A DNA stretch of 64,000 nt. Source: Rhodoferax sp. OV413 (GTDB taxonomy: Bacteria; Pseudomonadota; Gammaproteobacteria; Burkholderiales; Burkholderiaceae_C). This document shows, piece after piece, positions 42,513-52,431 of this stretch. Both the position numbers and the translations under genes were made by a program. How positions within the stretch are numbered: position 1 is the stretch's first letter; each line of letters opens with the position of its first letter. The notes under the pieces were generated by a model, which was not told the DNA's origin, searched no databases, and saw nothing but the letters and a program-made list of their open reading frames with translations. The stretch lies in the NCBI GenBank assembly GCA_943371745.1, contig CALRWE010000001.1, positions 14,290 to 78,289 on the forward strand, read 5' to 3'.

Positions 42513-43406
42513 ATGACTTACCGCAGAATCACACTTTTCCCTGTCCGTCTGGCGCGGTGCAACGCGGCTGGGTTTACTCTGGTCGAAATGGCGGTAGTGA
42601 TCACGCTGATGGCGATCTTCGCCACCATGGGGCTGCGTTTGCTGCAAGCCACCCGTGACAGCGCGGCTTGGACCGAGACCAAAACCAAACAAGAGCGCAT
42701 CAAGCTGGCGCTCGTTGGGTATTTGCGCAGCAACGGGACCTTGCCCTGCCCAGATTCCACGGCGGTGGGCATCGCGCCCACGGGCCTCAAGGGCACGTCG
42801 CCCTGCCTGGGTGCTTTGGGCACCGGTGTGGTACCGTGGAAGGATCTGGGCTTGTCGGTGGCTGATGTGCAAGACGGGTGGTCCAATTTTTTCACCTACC
42901 GTGTCGCCAACCGCACCCCTGTCACCAGCAGCAACTGGACCACCAAGCTGTCGGCTCAAAACGCCTTCAGCATCAACGAACTCACCGTACCCTTGGCAAC
43001 GTTTTCACTGAAAGAGCGTGACGCTGCTGGCGTACTCAGTGCCACGGCCCTGTCGCCTCAACCCGTGGTAGTGCTGGTGTCGCATGGCAAAAATGGCTCG
43101 GGCGCCCGAACCCTTGGCGGCAGCCGCCTGGCCGCGCCGCCTGTCGGTTCGGACGAGCGTTTCAATGCCGATGCGGTTACCGAATTCATCAGCCGCGCAC
43201 CCACCGATGTGGTTGGCACGGGCGGCCTGTTTGACGATCTGGTGGCCTACATGACCCCGCAGGACTTGCTGCAGCCTTTGATGACGGAGGGTGCGCTCAA
43301 GGCCTGTGTGGCGTATTGCCCACCACCGCCCGGAGGCGGAACTGCTGTGGCGGGTTGCGTCCCGGCCAACATCCCGATTGGCGTGACACCTTTGGCGTGT
43401 CCGTAG
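42513..43406 (+). CDS. Large prepilin-type protein (minor pilin candidate)
   Basis: The leader is MTYRRITLFPVRLARCNAAG|FTLVEMAVVITLMAIF. The mature part is about 280 aa with several Cys (LPCP..., ACVAYCPPPPGGG...CVP...LACP). The start is uncertain (42462, 42492 or 42513) and none has a good Shine-Dalgarno. Confidence 0.7.
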   Translation: MTYRRITLFPVRLARCNAAGFTLVEMAVVITLMAIFATMGLRLLQATRDSAAWTETKTKQERIKLALVGYLRSNGTLPCPDSTAVGIAPTGLKGTSPCLGALGTGVVPWKDLGLSVADVQDGWSNFFTYRVANRTPVTSSNWTTKLSAQNAFSINELTVPLATFSLKERDAAGVLSATALSPQPVVVLVSHGKNGSGARTLGGSRLAAPPVGSDERFNADAVTEFISRAPTDVVGTGGLFDDLVAYMTPQDLLQPLMTEGALKACVAYCPPPPGGGTAVAGCVPANIPIGVTPLACP

Positions 43407-43441
43407 ACCTTGATCGATCATTTGTTTTACCTGAGGATTTC

Positions 43442-44089
43442 ATGAAAACCAACCTAAGCAAACAACGTGGCTTTACGCTGGCCGAGATGGCCATTGTGGT
43501 GGTGCTGGGCGGCATTTTGCTGGCAGCAGGTCTGTTGGCTGGGCGGGGGCAAATCAGCCGGGCGCAAACGCAGGAGGTGCTGCAAATGGCGGCTGATCTG
43601 CAAACTGCCTCAGCCGGTTTCAGGCAACGCTATGGCTACTTGCCGGGGGATTTCCCTTCAGCCGTGACCTTGTTGCCACCGCCCTACAACGTCAACGGTA
43701 GCAGCACACTTGGTGACAGCCTGATTGATGGCACCATAGGCGCAACTGGTCTGGCCACGGCCGGTACTCAAGTGGCCTTGGCGCCTGAGCAACTTTATGC
43801 CGCAGGCTTGATTGGCAAGCTCGGCACCAACACCCTAATGCGCCTGCAATCCCAATTCGGCGCGGTTCATATGGCCGTGGCCAATACCGCCAACACCAGC
43901 GCGGTGTATGTAGCTGACAACCCAGCGGTCAGGAATGTCATCATTTTCTTCAACCTGCCGTGTGAGGTGGTGTACGAAGTGGATAGAGCCTTGGACGACG
44001 GTAATCGCATCACAGGCCGGTCCAGGTCGGCTGCTGCTTTGGATTGCGCACCGGATAGCACTGTGGCGCGCTACCTTGTTCCCCTGTAA
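43442..44089 (+). CDS. Prepilin-type protein (pilin paralog)
   Basis: It has MKTNLSKQRG|FTLAEMAIVVVLGGILL and the C-terminal CEVVYEVDRALDDGNRITGRSRSAAALDC motif, shared with two other pilins here. Confidence 0.8.
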   Translation: MKTNLSKQRGFTLAEMAIVVVLGGILLAAGLLAGRGQISRAQTQEVLQMAADLQTASAGFRQRYGYLPGDFPSAVTLLPPPYNVNGSSTLGDSLIDGTIGATGLATAGTQVALAPEQLYAAGLIGKLGTNTLMRLQSQFGAVHMAVANTANTSAVYVADNPAVRNVIIFFNLPCEVVYEVDRALDDGNRITGRSRSAAALDCAPDSTVARYLVPL

Positions 44090-44135
44090 TGCCGCGACCC
44101 CTCGGCACAACCAGCCTTTGACTGCCGCTGCAGCC

Positions 44136-44744
44136 ATGAGCCGCCGCCCTTCACGCACCCAGGGCTTTACCTTGGTAGAGATTGCTATTGTGCTTGCGAT
44201 CACTGGGTTCCTGATGTTCGGCATACTAAATTCACGGTCCGTGGTTCGCCAAGCCCAAACCAAGGACATCGTCAAAGGGGTAGGCGAGATGGCCACTGCG
44301 GCCCAGCAGTTTCGGGATCGTTACGGTGCGTGGCCCGGTGATTTGATCGCGGGTCCAGCCATGTTGCCCAATTTGACGGCAACATGCATTGGCAATGGCA
44401 ATGGGGCCATCGACACCGCTCTGGAGTCCAGCTGCGCCAGCGAGGCACTGATTCGGGCCTCGATGCTGCGCGGCGACGCTGGCGCGCCGATTGTCGTGGT
44501 TAGACAGGTGACGTTGAGTTTGACCAACCGTGCTTCTGCCGTCTTGCTGGCTGGCCTGGGCGCACTGCCTACTGGCTGGAACAATGTGGTGCGGGTGCAA
44601 AACATTGATTGCGATGTGGCGATCCAGCTTGACCGCGCGCTGGATGATGGCAGCACGGCCACCGGCAATTTTCGAACCGGTACGGTGTGTCTGGGTCAGG
44701 ACGAGAACACGGCAGTGGCCAACGCGGTGTTGAAGCTCAATTAA
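44136..44744 (+). CDS. Prepilin-type protein (pilin paralog)
   Basis: It has [10 protein letters not shown]|[19 protein letters not shown] and the C-terminal [27 protein letters not shown] motif. Confidence 0.8.
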   Translation: MSRRPSRTQGFTLVEIAIVLAITGFLMFGILNSRSVVRQAQTKDIVKGVGEMATAAQQFRDRYGAWPGDLIAGPAMLPNLTATCIGNGNGAIDTALESSCASEALIRASMLRGDAGAPIVVVRQVTLSLTNRASAVLLAGLGALPTGWNNVVRVQNIDCDVAIQLDRALDDGSTATGNFRTGTVCLGQDENTAVANAVLKLN

Positions 44745-46000
44745 CGCTCGTTGCGCAAGAAAAAGTGCTGAATGGCCGCGCTGGCCCGTTCCCTGGTATC
44801 TGCGTCGCTGGCGCGCAGCTCGGCCATGGCGCCGTGCAGCATCTTTTGGGTCAAGCCGCGTGACAGGGCTTCGAGCACGGTGTCCAGGTCTTCGCCTTTG
44901 GCCAGCAGCTTGCGGGCGCGGGTGATTTCCATCGTGCGCCACTCCTCGGCCTGGGAGTTGAGCTGCTGAATCAGGGGCACCGAGCCGCGTTGGTCCACCC
45001 AGTGCATGAAGCTCTGCACGCCGGCGTCCACGATGACCTCGGCCTGCGCCACAGCCGCCTGCCGGTTGGCCTGCGCGGTCTGCACCACGCCAGCGAGGTC
45101 GTCCACGGTGTAGAGGTAAATGTCTTCCAGCGCCTTGACTTCGGGCTCGATGTCGCGCGGCACGGCGAGGTCGACCATGAACATGGGGCGGTGCTTGCGC
45201 CGCTTGACGGCGCGCTCCACCGCACCCAGACCGATGATGGGCAGGGTGCTCGCGGTGCAACTCACCACCACATCAAACTCATGCAGGCGATCTGGCAGGT
45301 CAGCCAGGCGCATGACCTCGGCGCCAAAACGGCTGGCGAGCTTCTCGCCGCGCTCCAGCGTGCGGTTGGCAATGGCGATGCTCTGGGGGTTTTTGGCCGC
45401 GAAATGGGTGGCGCAGAGTTCGATCATCTCGCCCGCGCCCACAAACAGGACCTTGACCTCGCCCAGGTCTTCAAACACCTGGCCCGCCAGGCGCACCGCC
45501 GCCGCAGCCATGCTGATGGAGTGGGCACCGATCTCGGTGGAGGTGCGTACCTCTTTGGCCACAGCGAACGAGCGCTGGAACAGCTGGCTCAGTGTGGTGC
45601 CCAGTGAGCCTGCGGCCTCGGCGGCGCGCACGGCGTCTTTGAGTTGCCCCAGAATTTGCGGCTCGCCCAGCACCATTGAGTCCAGCCCGCTGGCGACCCT
45701 GAAGGCGTGGCGGGCGGCAAAGCTGTTTTCCATGGTGTAGGAGTGGGACCGGAGCAAGCCTGGGGAGACGCCGCCAGCGTGGGCCAGCCAGTCCAGCGTG
45801 TGCTCCAGCTCGGGCTTGTCCCCGGCGCAGTACACCTCGGTGCGGTTGCAGGTGGAGATGATGGCGGCCTCTGGCGAGTGGGTCAGAGCCCGGCGCAAAC
45901 CGTGCAGTACGGGCTCGATCTGGTCGATGGCAAACGCGAAGCGGCCCCGCAAGTCGAGCGGTGCGGTGGTGTGATTGATGCCTAGAGCCCAGACTGCCAT
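44741..46000 (-). CDS. hemA: Glutamyl-tRNA reductase
   Basis: It has [23 protein letters not shown]...TCNRTEVY (catalytic Cys region) and the NADPH motif VLFVGAGEM. Confidence 0.96.
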   Translation of the reverse strand: MAVWALGINHTTAPLDLRGRFAFAIDQIEPVLHGLRRALTHSPEAAIISTCNRTEVYCAGDKPELEHTLDWLAHAGGVSPGLLRSHSYTMENSFAARHAFRVASGLDSMVLGEPQILGQLKDAVRAAEAAGSLGTTLSQLFQRSFAVAKEVRTSTEIGAHSISMAAAAVRLAGQVFEDLGEVKVLFVGAGEMIELCATHFAAKNPQSIAIANRTLERGEKLASRFGAEVMRLADLPDRLHEFDVVVSCTASTLPIIGLGAVERAVKRRKHRPMFMVDLAVPRDIEPEVKALEDIYLYTVDDLAGVVQTAQANRQAAVAQAEVIVDAGVQSFMHWVDQRGSVPLIQQLNSQAEEWRTMEITRARKLLAKGEDLDTVLEALSRGLTQKMLHGAMAELRASDADTRERASAAIQHFFLRNER

Positions 46001-46050
46001 AGAGCGATTATAAAATCACCCTGCGCTCAATTGACGCAGCGCTGTGTTGT

Positions 46051-46350
46051 TTGCCATGGATATTCACCGCAATGGGCCTGCCCGATCTCCTGAATCACTT
46101 GTTGAATTTTTTTGCGCCGGCCTTTTGGGTGGCTTTGATGGTGACCTTGTCGGCTCGGATTTTTATGAAAAAGCAGGCTCTAGTCAGCGGATTCATTAGG
46201 TCGGCAGCTATTAATTTTTTAATTTCTTGCGGGGTGTTGGGGGTGGGGCTGTGGTTTTTTGGGCGTGACGGCAAGATGGGCACCTATGCCGCCATGGCCC
46301 TGTTTTGTGCCGGCAGCCAGTGGGTTTTGCAGCGCGGCTGGCGCGCTTAA
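46051..46350 (+). CDS. Small membrane protein, unknown function
   Basis: It has three predicted hydrophobic helices. There is a TTG at 46051 and an in-frame ATG at 46072. I recognise no family. Confidence 0.4.
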   Translation: MPWIFTAMGLPDLLNHLLNFFAPAFWVALMVTLSARIFMKKQALVSGFIRSAAINFLISCGVLGVGLWFFGRDGKMGTYAAMALFCAGSQWVLQRGWRA

Positions 46351-47240
46351 GCCGGCGCGGTGGATTGCACCGCGAGGTCGGCGCTCAGGTGCAGGTACAG
46401 GCGATTGAGGCCCAGCAATGCCATGGAGAAAATCACGGAGCCCACCACGGCCAGCAAAATACCCAGGCCCAGCATGCCGCCGTACACCACCGCTTGGGCG
46501 CGCCCGCCTTCAAACAAGGTGGAGAGGTCCAGCATGATCATGGCGGTGTCCAGAATGCCGGCACTGAGTCCCGCGACGATGCCAATCCCCGTTGACACAA
46601 ACACCCCGATGACGCCGCCCACCAGCAGCATGAACAGGGTCAGCAAGAGCACGCCGATGGCCGATTCGACAAATCGGTGCGTCACGATGGCCACCAGGGC
46701 CGCCAGGGCTTGCCGAAAGGTCACGCCCGACCAGACCACCGCACCGGCCAGTGCCAACACGAAATACAGACCGGCATAGACGAAGGCGAGAAGCAGCACG
46801 CTGACGGGCAACACCACGGCGTACAGCAGGCCGCCCAGCCCGGGAATCTTGCAGAGCAGCACCAAAAAGGCAACCACCAGAACCGCTGCCAGGGCGCCGG
46901 CCAGTCCGATCAGCAAAATGGCAAACAGGCGCACTGCAGCCCGGGCGCCGTCGACCAAGGCCACCCGGATGCGCCGGGGTGTCTGGTTGAGCGCCTGATC
47001 CATCAGCAAGATGCCGCTGGCAGAAATGCCCACACTCACCGTGGCATAGCCCACCAACACACCAAAAAAGATCACCCCGGCATGCCCCGTGGCGGCCGAG
47101 GCCATCATGATCACCAAGGCGGTGACACCCGCGCCCACCAGGGTGAGCAGCGCGCGCCAGTTGCGCAGGGCGTCGCCGGAGCGCAGCAGCAGGTCCATGA
47201 TGCCGACCTTGGGCGCGGTCGTTGTTGGATGTGGGGACAT
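46347..47240 (-). CDS. Polytopic membrane protein, unknown function
   Basis: A 297-aa protein with about 6-7 hydrophobic helices rich in Ala/Gly/Leu/Val. I recognise no motif. Confidence 0.55.
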   Translation of the reverse strand: MSPHPTTTAPKVGIMDLLLRSGDALRNWRALLTLVGAGVTALVIMMASAATGHAGVIFFGVLVGYATVSVGISASGILLMDQALNQTPRRIRVALVDGARAAVRLFAILLIGLAGALAAVLVVAFLVLLCKIPGLGGLLYAVVLPVSVLLLAFVYAGLYFVLALAGAVVWSGVTFRQALAALVAIVTHRFVESAIGVLLLTLFMLLVGGVIGVFVSTGIGIVAGLSAGILDTAMIMLDLSTLFEGGRAQAVVYGGMLGLGILLAVVGSVIFSMALLGLNRLYLHLSADLAVQSTAPA

Positions 47241-47273
47241 GTGGATCAGATTTTCAGGCTTTGGTTTTTTGTA

Positions 47274-48059
47274 TCAGGCCGAGGTTTCAGACGGTGGAAA
47301 CAAGTCCACCCGGTCGGTGATGATGCCATCGGTTTCCAATTCAAGGAGGCGCTGGGCGGCCCACTCGTCGTTGACGGTGTAGCTCAGGCATTTGAACCCT
47401 GCGCTTTTGGCCTGCGTGACGCTCGAGGTGTCCCACAAGGCGTGGTTGCACACCACGGCCACGCAGCCCAGCGTCAGGGCCGTCTCCAGCCAGCCGGTCC
47501 ACAGCGTATCGAGCAGCAGGCCGCGGGGCAGCTCGGGCTGGGTATCGTGGGCGGCCTGCAGTGATTCGGGACGAAAGGAGGTGAGCAGTGGTGGCACGGC
47601 AGCACCCTGCCAGAGGCGGGCGGCGTGTTCGGCGACGACCTTGCCGGTCTCGTATTCCAGCCCGGGTGTGGGTTTGATCTCGATGTTCAGACAGTAGCCA
47701 TTGCTCAGGCAAAACCGGGCGACATGGTCCAGCGTGGGTAGGGGCTCGCCGGCAAAGGCGCGGGAATGCCAGCTGCCGGCGTCCAGCCGTGACAAGACGC
47801 CCCAGGCATGGTCGCCGCCCACAGCACTGTGGCCACGGCCAATCACCTCCACGGCGTTGGTGGTGCGCTGCAGGGTGGCGTCGTGCATCAAAAACGGCAC
47901 ACCGTCGGCGCTGAGTTTCACGTCGCACTCAAACATGCGGTAACCGTGGCTGGCACCCAGACGAAAGGCGGCCAGGGTGTTTTCGGGCGCGAGTCGGCCG
48001 GCACCCCGGTGGGCGATCCAGCGCGGGTAGGGCCAATGGTCAACGGTGACTTGCATCAT
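47274..48059 (-). CDS. ugpQ: Glycerophosphodiester phosphodiesterase
   Basis: It has the GDPD motifs IAHRGAG...ENTLAAF and [18 protein letters not shown], and is the last gene of the ugp operon. Confidence 0.88.
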   Translation of the reverse strand: MMQVTVDHWPYPRWIAHRGAGRLAPENTLAAFRLGASHGYRMFECDVKLSADGVPFLMHDATLQRTTNAVEVIGRGHSAVGGDHAWGVLSRLDAGSWHSRAFAGEPLPTLDHVARFCLSNGYCLNIEIKPTPGLEYETGKVVAEHAARLWQGAAVPPLLTSFRPESLQAAHDTQPELPRGLLLDTLWTGWLETALTLGCVAVVCNHALWDTSSVTQAKSAGFKCLSYTVNDEWAAQRLLELETDGIITDRVDLFPPSETSA

Positions 48060-49084
48060 TGGGGCAAGTCCATGCGTTGGCCGGTGGCTGCGTCAAAACA
48101 ATGCATCTTGGCGGCGCGGGGAGTGACGTGAATGGTGCTGCCCACAGCGGGCACGGCATCCGATTCTTCAGTGCGGATGATGACCATTTCGTCCCGGCTG
48201 CCATGCGACCAGCGGCCATACACCAGCCGCTCGGCGCCCAGCAGTTCCACCGTTTCAACCACCAGTGCCCAGCCGGTCGGCGTGATGTCCAGGTGCTCCG
48301 GGCGAATGCCGGTAATGGTGCCAGCGGGTGCATCCGGGGCATTTTTGAGCAGGTTCATGGGCGGCGAGCCAATGAAGCTGGCCACAAAGGTGGTGGCGGG
48401 CCGGTTGTAGACCTCTTCGGGCGTGCCAAACTGCTCCATCACCCCGGCGTTCATGACGATCATGCGTTGGGCCAGCGTCATGGCCTCGACCTGGTCATGG
48501 GTCACAAACAGGGAAGTGATGCCCAACTCCCGGTGCAGTTTCTGGATTTCCAGGCGGGTTTGGGCGCGCAGCTTGGCGTCCAGGTTGCTCAAGGGTTCAT
48601 CAAACAAAAACACCTTGGGCTGGCGCACAATCGCCCGGCCCATGGCGACGCGCTGGCGCTGGCCCCCGGAGAGTTCGCGCGGTTTGCGTTGCAAAAACGG
48701 GCCAATCTCCAGAATCTTGGCGGCCTTGTCCACACGCGTCTTGATCTCGTCCATGGGGACTTTTTTGATCTTCAGGCCATAGGCCATGTTCTCGAACACG
48801 CTCATGTGCGGGTACAGCGCATAGTTCTGGAACACCATGGCAATGTCGCGCTCGGCCGGTTCCAGGTCGTTGACGACCCGCTCGCCAATGCAGATCTCGC
48901 CGCCACTCACTTCTTCCAGCCCCGCCACCATGCGCAGGAGTGTGGATTTGCCGCAGCCCGAGGGGCCGACGATGACAATGAATTCGCCGTCAGCCACTTC
49001 GGCGCTCACGCCGTGAATGACTTGCAGCGCGGTCTTGCCGCTGCCGTAGCGCTTGATGATGTTTCTTAATGAGATGGAAGCCAT
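48056..49084 (-). CDS. ugpC: sn-glycerol-3-phosphate ABC transporter ATP-binding protein
   Basis: It has the Walker A motif GPSGCGKST, the ABC signature LSGGQRQRV and the Walker B motif FLFDEPLS, with a MalK-type C-terminal domain. Confidence 0.9.
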   Translation of the reverse strand: MASISLRNIIKRYGSGKTALQVIHGVSAEVADGEFIVIVGPSGCGKSTLLRMVAGLEEVSGGEICIGERVVNDLEPAERDIAMVFQNYALYPHMSVFENMAYGLKIKKVPMDEIKTRVDKAAKILEIGPFLQRKPRELSGGQRQRVAMGRAIVRQPKVFLFDEPLSNLDAKLRAQTRLEIQKLHRELGITSLFVTHDQVEAMTLAQRMIVMNAGVMEQFGTPEEVYNRPATTFVASFIGSPPMNLLKNAPDAPAGTITGIRPEHLDITPTGWALVVETVELLGAERLVYGRWSHGSRDEMVIIRTEESDAVPAVGSTIHVTPRAAKMHCFDAATGQRMDLPQ

Positions 49085-49183
49085 GTTTTACGGGATGTTT
49101 CTTGGGGCACTTTTAGATGCCCGCAATGACGGACAAGACATGCAAATTTGCGATGATGAAAATGCGGTTGACGGGAGCGCCAT

Positions 49184-50038
49184 TTATTTTTCGGTGTCAA
49201 CCAGGCCTTTCACAAACCAGCGCTGCATGAGCATGACCACCAAAGCGGGGGGCAGCATGGCCAGAATGGCGGTGGCCATGACCACGTTCCACTCGGTGTA
49301 GGACTCACCGGCGATGAGGCGTTTGATGCCCATGACCACCGGGTACATGTCTTCCTGTGTGGTCACCAGCAGGGGCCACAGGTACTGGTTCCAGCCATAA
49401 ATGAATTGAATGACAAACAGCGCGGCAATCGAGGTGCTGGACAAGGGCAGCAGCACGTCCTTGAAAAAGCGCATGGGACCGGCGCCATCCATGCGGGCGG
49501 CCTCTACCAGCTCATCCGGTACGGTCAAAAAAAACTGCCGGAATAAAAAGGTGGCGGTGGCCGAAGCGATGAGGGGCACGGTGAGGCCGGCATAACTGTT
49601 GAGCATGCCCAGGTTGGACACCACCTCGTAGGTCGGGCCAATGCGCACCTCCACCGGCAGCATGAGGGTGACAAAAATCATCCAAAACACCAGGTTGCGA
49701 AACGGGAAACGGAAATACACGATGGCAAAGGCCGACAACAGCGAGATAGCGATCTTGCCGATGGCAATGACCAGCGCGCTGATCAGGCTCACCCACATCA
49801 TGGGCGCTGCGGCGGGAATCTTGCTGCCCGCGCTGGTGATGCCGCCAAACAGCGCGGTTTTGTAGGTCTCGATCATGTGCCCGCCGGGCATCAGGGACAT
49901 GGGCGTGGACTGCGCAATTTGCTCGGCGCTTTGCGTCGAGGCGATCAGCGTCAGATACAGGGGGAAGGCCACAATGACCACCCCCAGCACCAGCACGAGG
50001 TGCGAGAGGAGGGTGAGGCCGGGGCGTCGTTCAATCAT
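49184..50038 (-). CDS. ugpE: sn-glycerol-3-phosphate ABC transporter permease
   Basis: It is a binding-protein-dependent transport permease with an EAA-like motif ([17 protein letters not shown]). Confidence 0.85.
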   Translation of the reverse strand: MIERRPGLTLLSHLVLVLGVVIVAFPLYLTLIASTQSAEQIAQSTPMSLMPGGHMIETYKTALFGGITSAGSKIPAAAPMMWVSLISALVIAIGKIAISLLSAFAIVYFRFPFRNLVFWMIFVTLMLPVEVRIGPTYEVVSNLGMLNSYAGLTVPLIASATATFLFRQFFLTVPDELVEAARMDGAGPMRFFKDVLLPLSSTSIAALFVIQFIYGWNQYLWPLLVTTQEDMYPVVMGIKRLIAGESYTEWNVVMATAILAMLPPALVVMLMQRWFVKGLVDTEK

Positions 50039-50053
50039 GGAGGTTGCCTGCTT

Positions 50054-50935
50054 TCAGTACTGGACTTTTTTCTCGACAAACCGGAACTGGACCACGGTGA
50101 GTGTGATGACGATCACCATCAGCACCACCGACTGCGCGGCCGAGCCGCCCATGTCCAGCGCCTTGAAGCCGTCGTAATAAACTTTGTAGACCAGAATAGC
50201 CGTGTCCTTGCCGGGACCGCCCTGGGTGGTGGCGTCCACAATGCCGAAGGTGTCGAAGAAGGCGTAAACCACGTTGATCACCAGCAAAAAGAAGGTGGTG
50301 GGCGAGAGCAGCGGGAACACGATGGTCCAGAACCGGCGCCACGGGCCGGCGCCATCAATGGCGGCGGCTTCAATCAATGATTTGGGGATCGACTGCAGCC
50401 CGGCCAGAAAAAACAGGAAGTTATAAGAGATTTGCTTCCACACGGCTGCCGCCACAATCAGGGACATGGCATGGTTGGCGTTGAGCAGGTGATTCCATTC
50501 GATGCCGATCGAGCGCAGAAAATACGCCACCACGCCCATGGGCGAGGCAAACATGAACAACCACAACACGCCAGCCACCACCGGGGCCACGGCGTAAGGC
50601 CAGATCAGCAGCGTTTTGTAAACCGACGAGCCCTTGAGCACCCGGTCCGCCATGACCGCCAGCATCAAGGCCAGCGACAGGCCGATCACGGCCACCAGAA
50701 CAGAAAACACGGCCGTGGTCTTGAAGGAGCCCCAATAGGTCGCATCGTTCCACAGGCGCTCAAAATTCTCCAGGCCCACAAACTCGCTGGACAGGCCAAA
50801 CGCGTCCTGGCTCAGCACACTTTGATAGAGCGCCTGGGCGGCAGGCCAGAAAAAGAACACCAGCACCACGGCCATTTGCGGGGCAATGAGGGCCCAGGGC
50901 AGCCAGGCAGATTTGAATCGAACACGTTTTTCCAT
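50054..50935 (-). CDS. ugpA: sn-glycerol-3-phosphate ABC transporter permease
   Basis: It is a permease with an EAA-like motif ([17 protein letters not shown]). Confidence 0.85.
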   Translation of the reverse strand: MEKRVRFKSAWLPWALIAPQMAVVLVFFFWPAAQALYQSVLSQDAFGLSSEFVGLENFERLWNDATYWGSFKTTAVFSVLVAVIGLSLALMLAVMADRVLKGSSVYKTLLIWPYAVAPVVAGVLWLFMFASPMGVVAYFLRSIGIEWNHLLNANHAMSLIVAAAVWKQISYNFLFFLAGLQSIPKSLIEAAAIDGAGPWRRFWTIVFPLLSPTTFFLLVINVVYAFFDTFGIVDATTQGGPGKDTAILVYKVYYDGFKALDMGGSAAQSVVLMVIVITLTVVQFRFVEKKVQY

Positions 50936-50967
50936 GGGGCGGGCAGGGGTCGATGGTGGGGGCTGTC

Positions 50968-51012
50968 AATAAAAAAATACACGCCCCGGCCGGCAGGTCC
51001 AGCGAGGGCGTG
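50968..51012 (-). terminator. Intra-operon terminator/attenuator after ugpB
   Basis: On the minus strand, the stem CACGCCC...GGGCGTG (7 bp, 19-nt loop) is followed by TATTTTTTTATT. The position after a binding-protein gene is typical of a partial terminator. Confidence 0.45.
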
Positions 51013-51057
51013 AGGGGAGTCAGGCTTGTCAGGCCCGAATTAGACCTGATTATTCAC

Positions 51058-52362
51058 TCAGGACTTGTTGGCTTTCTCAAAGCGCTCCAATTGCTCGTTG
51101 CCGCGCTTGACGGCGGAGTCAAGCGCTTCCTGGGCGGATTTCTTGCCGCCCCAGACTTGTTCGAGCTCCTCGTCGGTGATGGTGCGAATCTGGACAAAGT
51201 TGCCCAGACGGATGCCGCGCGACTTGTCGGTGGTCTTGCGGATCATCTGGGTCACCGACACATCGGTGCCCGGGTTCTGCTTGTAGAAGCCGCTGCTGTC
51301 GGTGAGCTTGAACGAAGCCATCGTTACCGGCAGGTAGCCGGTGCGCTGGTGGCTCTTGGCGGCTTCTTCGGCCTTGGACAGGTGGGCAAAGAACTGGGCC
51401 ACGCCCTTGTACTCGTCGGCCTTCTTGCCCGACATGACCCACAGGCTGGCGCCGCCAATGACGGTGTTCTGGGGCGAGCCGGCCACGTCTGGGTAGTAGG
51501 GCAGGGTGCTGATGCCGCTGGCAAACTTGGAGTTGCGCTTGATGTTGCCGTACAAGGCTGAGGAACCGGTGGCCATGGCGCATTCGCCCGAGACAAAGGT
51601 GGCGTCGGCCGCATTGCCCCGGCCCTTGTAGACCAGCAGGCCGGTTTTGGCCATGTTGCCCAGGTTCTCGATGTGGCGAACGTGCAGCGGGCTGTTGAAG
51701 TTCAGGCGGGCGTCCATGCCGCGCATGCCGTTGCCCTTGGTGGCGAACTCGGTGTTGTGCCAGGCCGAGAAGCTCTCCAGTTGGGTCCAGCTCATCCAGC
51801 TGCTGGTGAAGGGGCATTTGTGGCCGGAGGCCTTGAGTTTGCCGGCGGCCAGGGCGACTTCAGGCCAGGTCTTGGGGGGATTCTCGGGGTCCAGGCCAGC
51901 GGCCTTGAACGCGTCCTTGTTGTAATGGAACACCGGTGTGGAGCTGTTGAACGGGAAGCTCAGCATCTGGCCGTTGGGGGCGGTGTAGTAGCCGGCAACC
52001 GCTGGCACGTAGGCGGTGGGGTCGAACTTGACGCCCGCATCTGCCATGATCTTGCCCACGGGCACGATGGCGCCCTTGCTGGCCATCATGGTGGCGGTGC
52101 CCACTTCAAACACCTGCAGTATGTGCGGGGCGTTGCCGGAGCGAAAGGCCGCGATGGCGGCGGTCATGGACTCGTCGTAGCTGCCCTTGAAGGTCGGCAC
52201 GATCTTGTAGTCTTTCTGGCTGGCGTTGTAATCCTTGGCCAGGTCATTGACCCATTCACCCAGGGCGCCGCCCATGGAGTGCCACCACTGGACTTCGGTT
52301 TGGGCCTGGGCCGACACGGAAAACGTTGCGGCGAGGGCAACGGCTGCCAATTTGAATTTCAT
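51058..52362 (-). CDS. ugpB: sn-glycerol-3-phosphate ABC transporter substrate-binding protein
   Basis: It has the signal peptide MKFKLAAVALAATFSVSAQA and is a 434-aa family-1 solute-binding protein. It is the first gene of the ugpBAECQ order. Confidence 0.88.
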   Translation of the reverse strand: MKFKLAAVALAATFSVSAQAQTEVQWWHSMGGALGEWVNDLAKDYNASQKDYKIVPTFKGSYDESMTAAIAAFRSGNAPHILQVFEVGTATMMASKGAIVPVGKIMADAGVKFDPTAYVPAVAGYYTAPNGQMLSFPFNSSTPVFHYNKDAFKAAGLDPENPPKTWPEVALAAGKLKASGHKCPFTSSWMSWTQLESFSAWHNTEFATKGNGMRGMDARLNFNSPLHVRHIENLGNMAKTGLLVYKGRGNAADATFVSGECAMATGSSALYGNIKRNSKFASGISTLPYYPDVAGSPQNTVIGGASLWVMSGKKADEYKGVAQFFAHLSKAEEAAKSHQRTGYLPVTMASFKLTDSSGFYKQNPGTDVSVTQMIRKTTDKSRGIRLGNFVQIRTITDEELEQVWGGKKSAQEALDSAVKRGNEQLERFEKANKS

Positions 52363-52402
52363 GGGATCTCCTTGGATAAAGCGCTGAGCTTAGGGGTCAG
52401 GT

Positions 52403-52431
52403 GTGACGGTTTTGCGACAAATTGATGTCAA
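52403..52431 (-). promoter_or_regulatory. Pho-box-like PhoB binding site upstream of ugpB
   Basis: The minus strand reads TTGACAT-caat-TTGTCGC-aaaa-CCGTCAC, three 7-mers at 11-bp spacing related to CTGTCAT. A TAAGCT (-10-like) lies 10 nt downstream, and AAGGAG is the Shine-Dalgarno before the ATG. Confidence 0.55.

Noticed and set aside
42210-42959. 249-aa minus-strand ORF spanning the pilin spacer and the start of the large prepilin gene. Short ORFs at 42254-42436 (-) and 42319-42516 (+) lie in the same region.
   Set aside because: They have no recognisable motifs or ribosome-binding sites, and the long one overlaps a plus-strand ORF with a clear prepilin signal. The spacer itself is reported as a finding instead.
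49085-49183. 99-bp gap between ugpE and ugpC inside the ugp operon, inspected for a small gene or structured element.
   Set aside because: It has no ORF with a start and Shine-Dalgarno, and no convincing stem-loop or repeat. It is treated as an ordinary intercistronic spacer.
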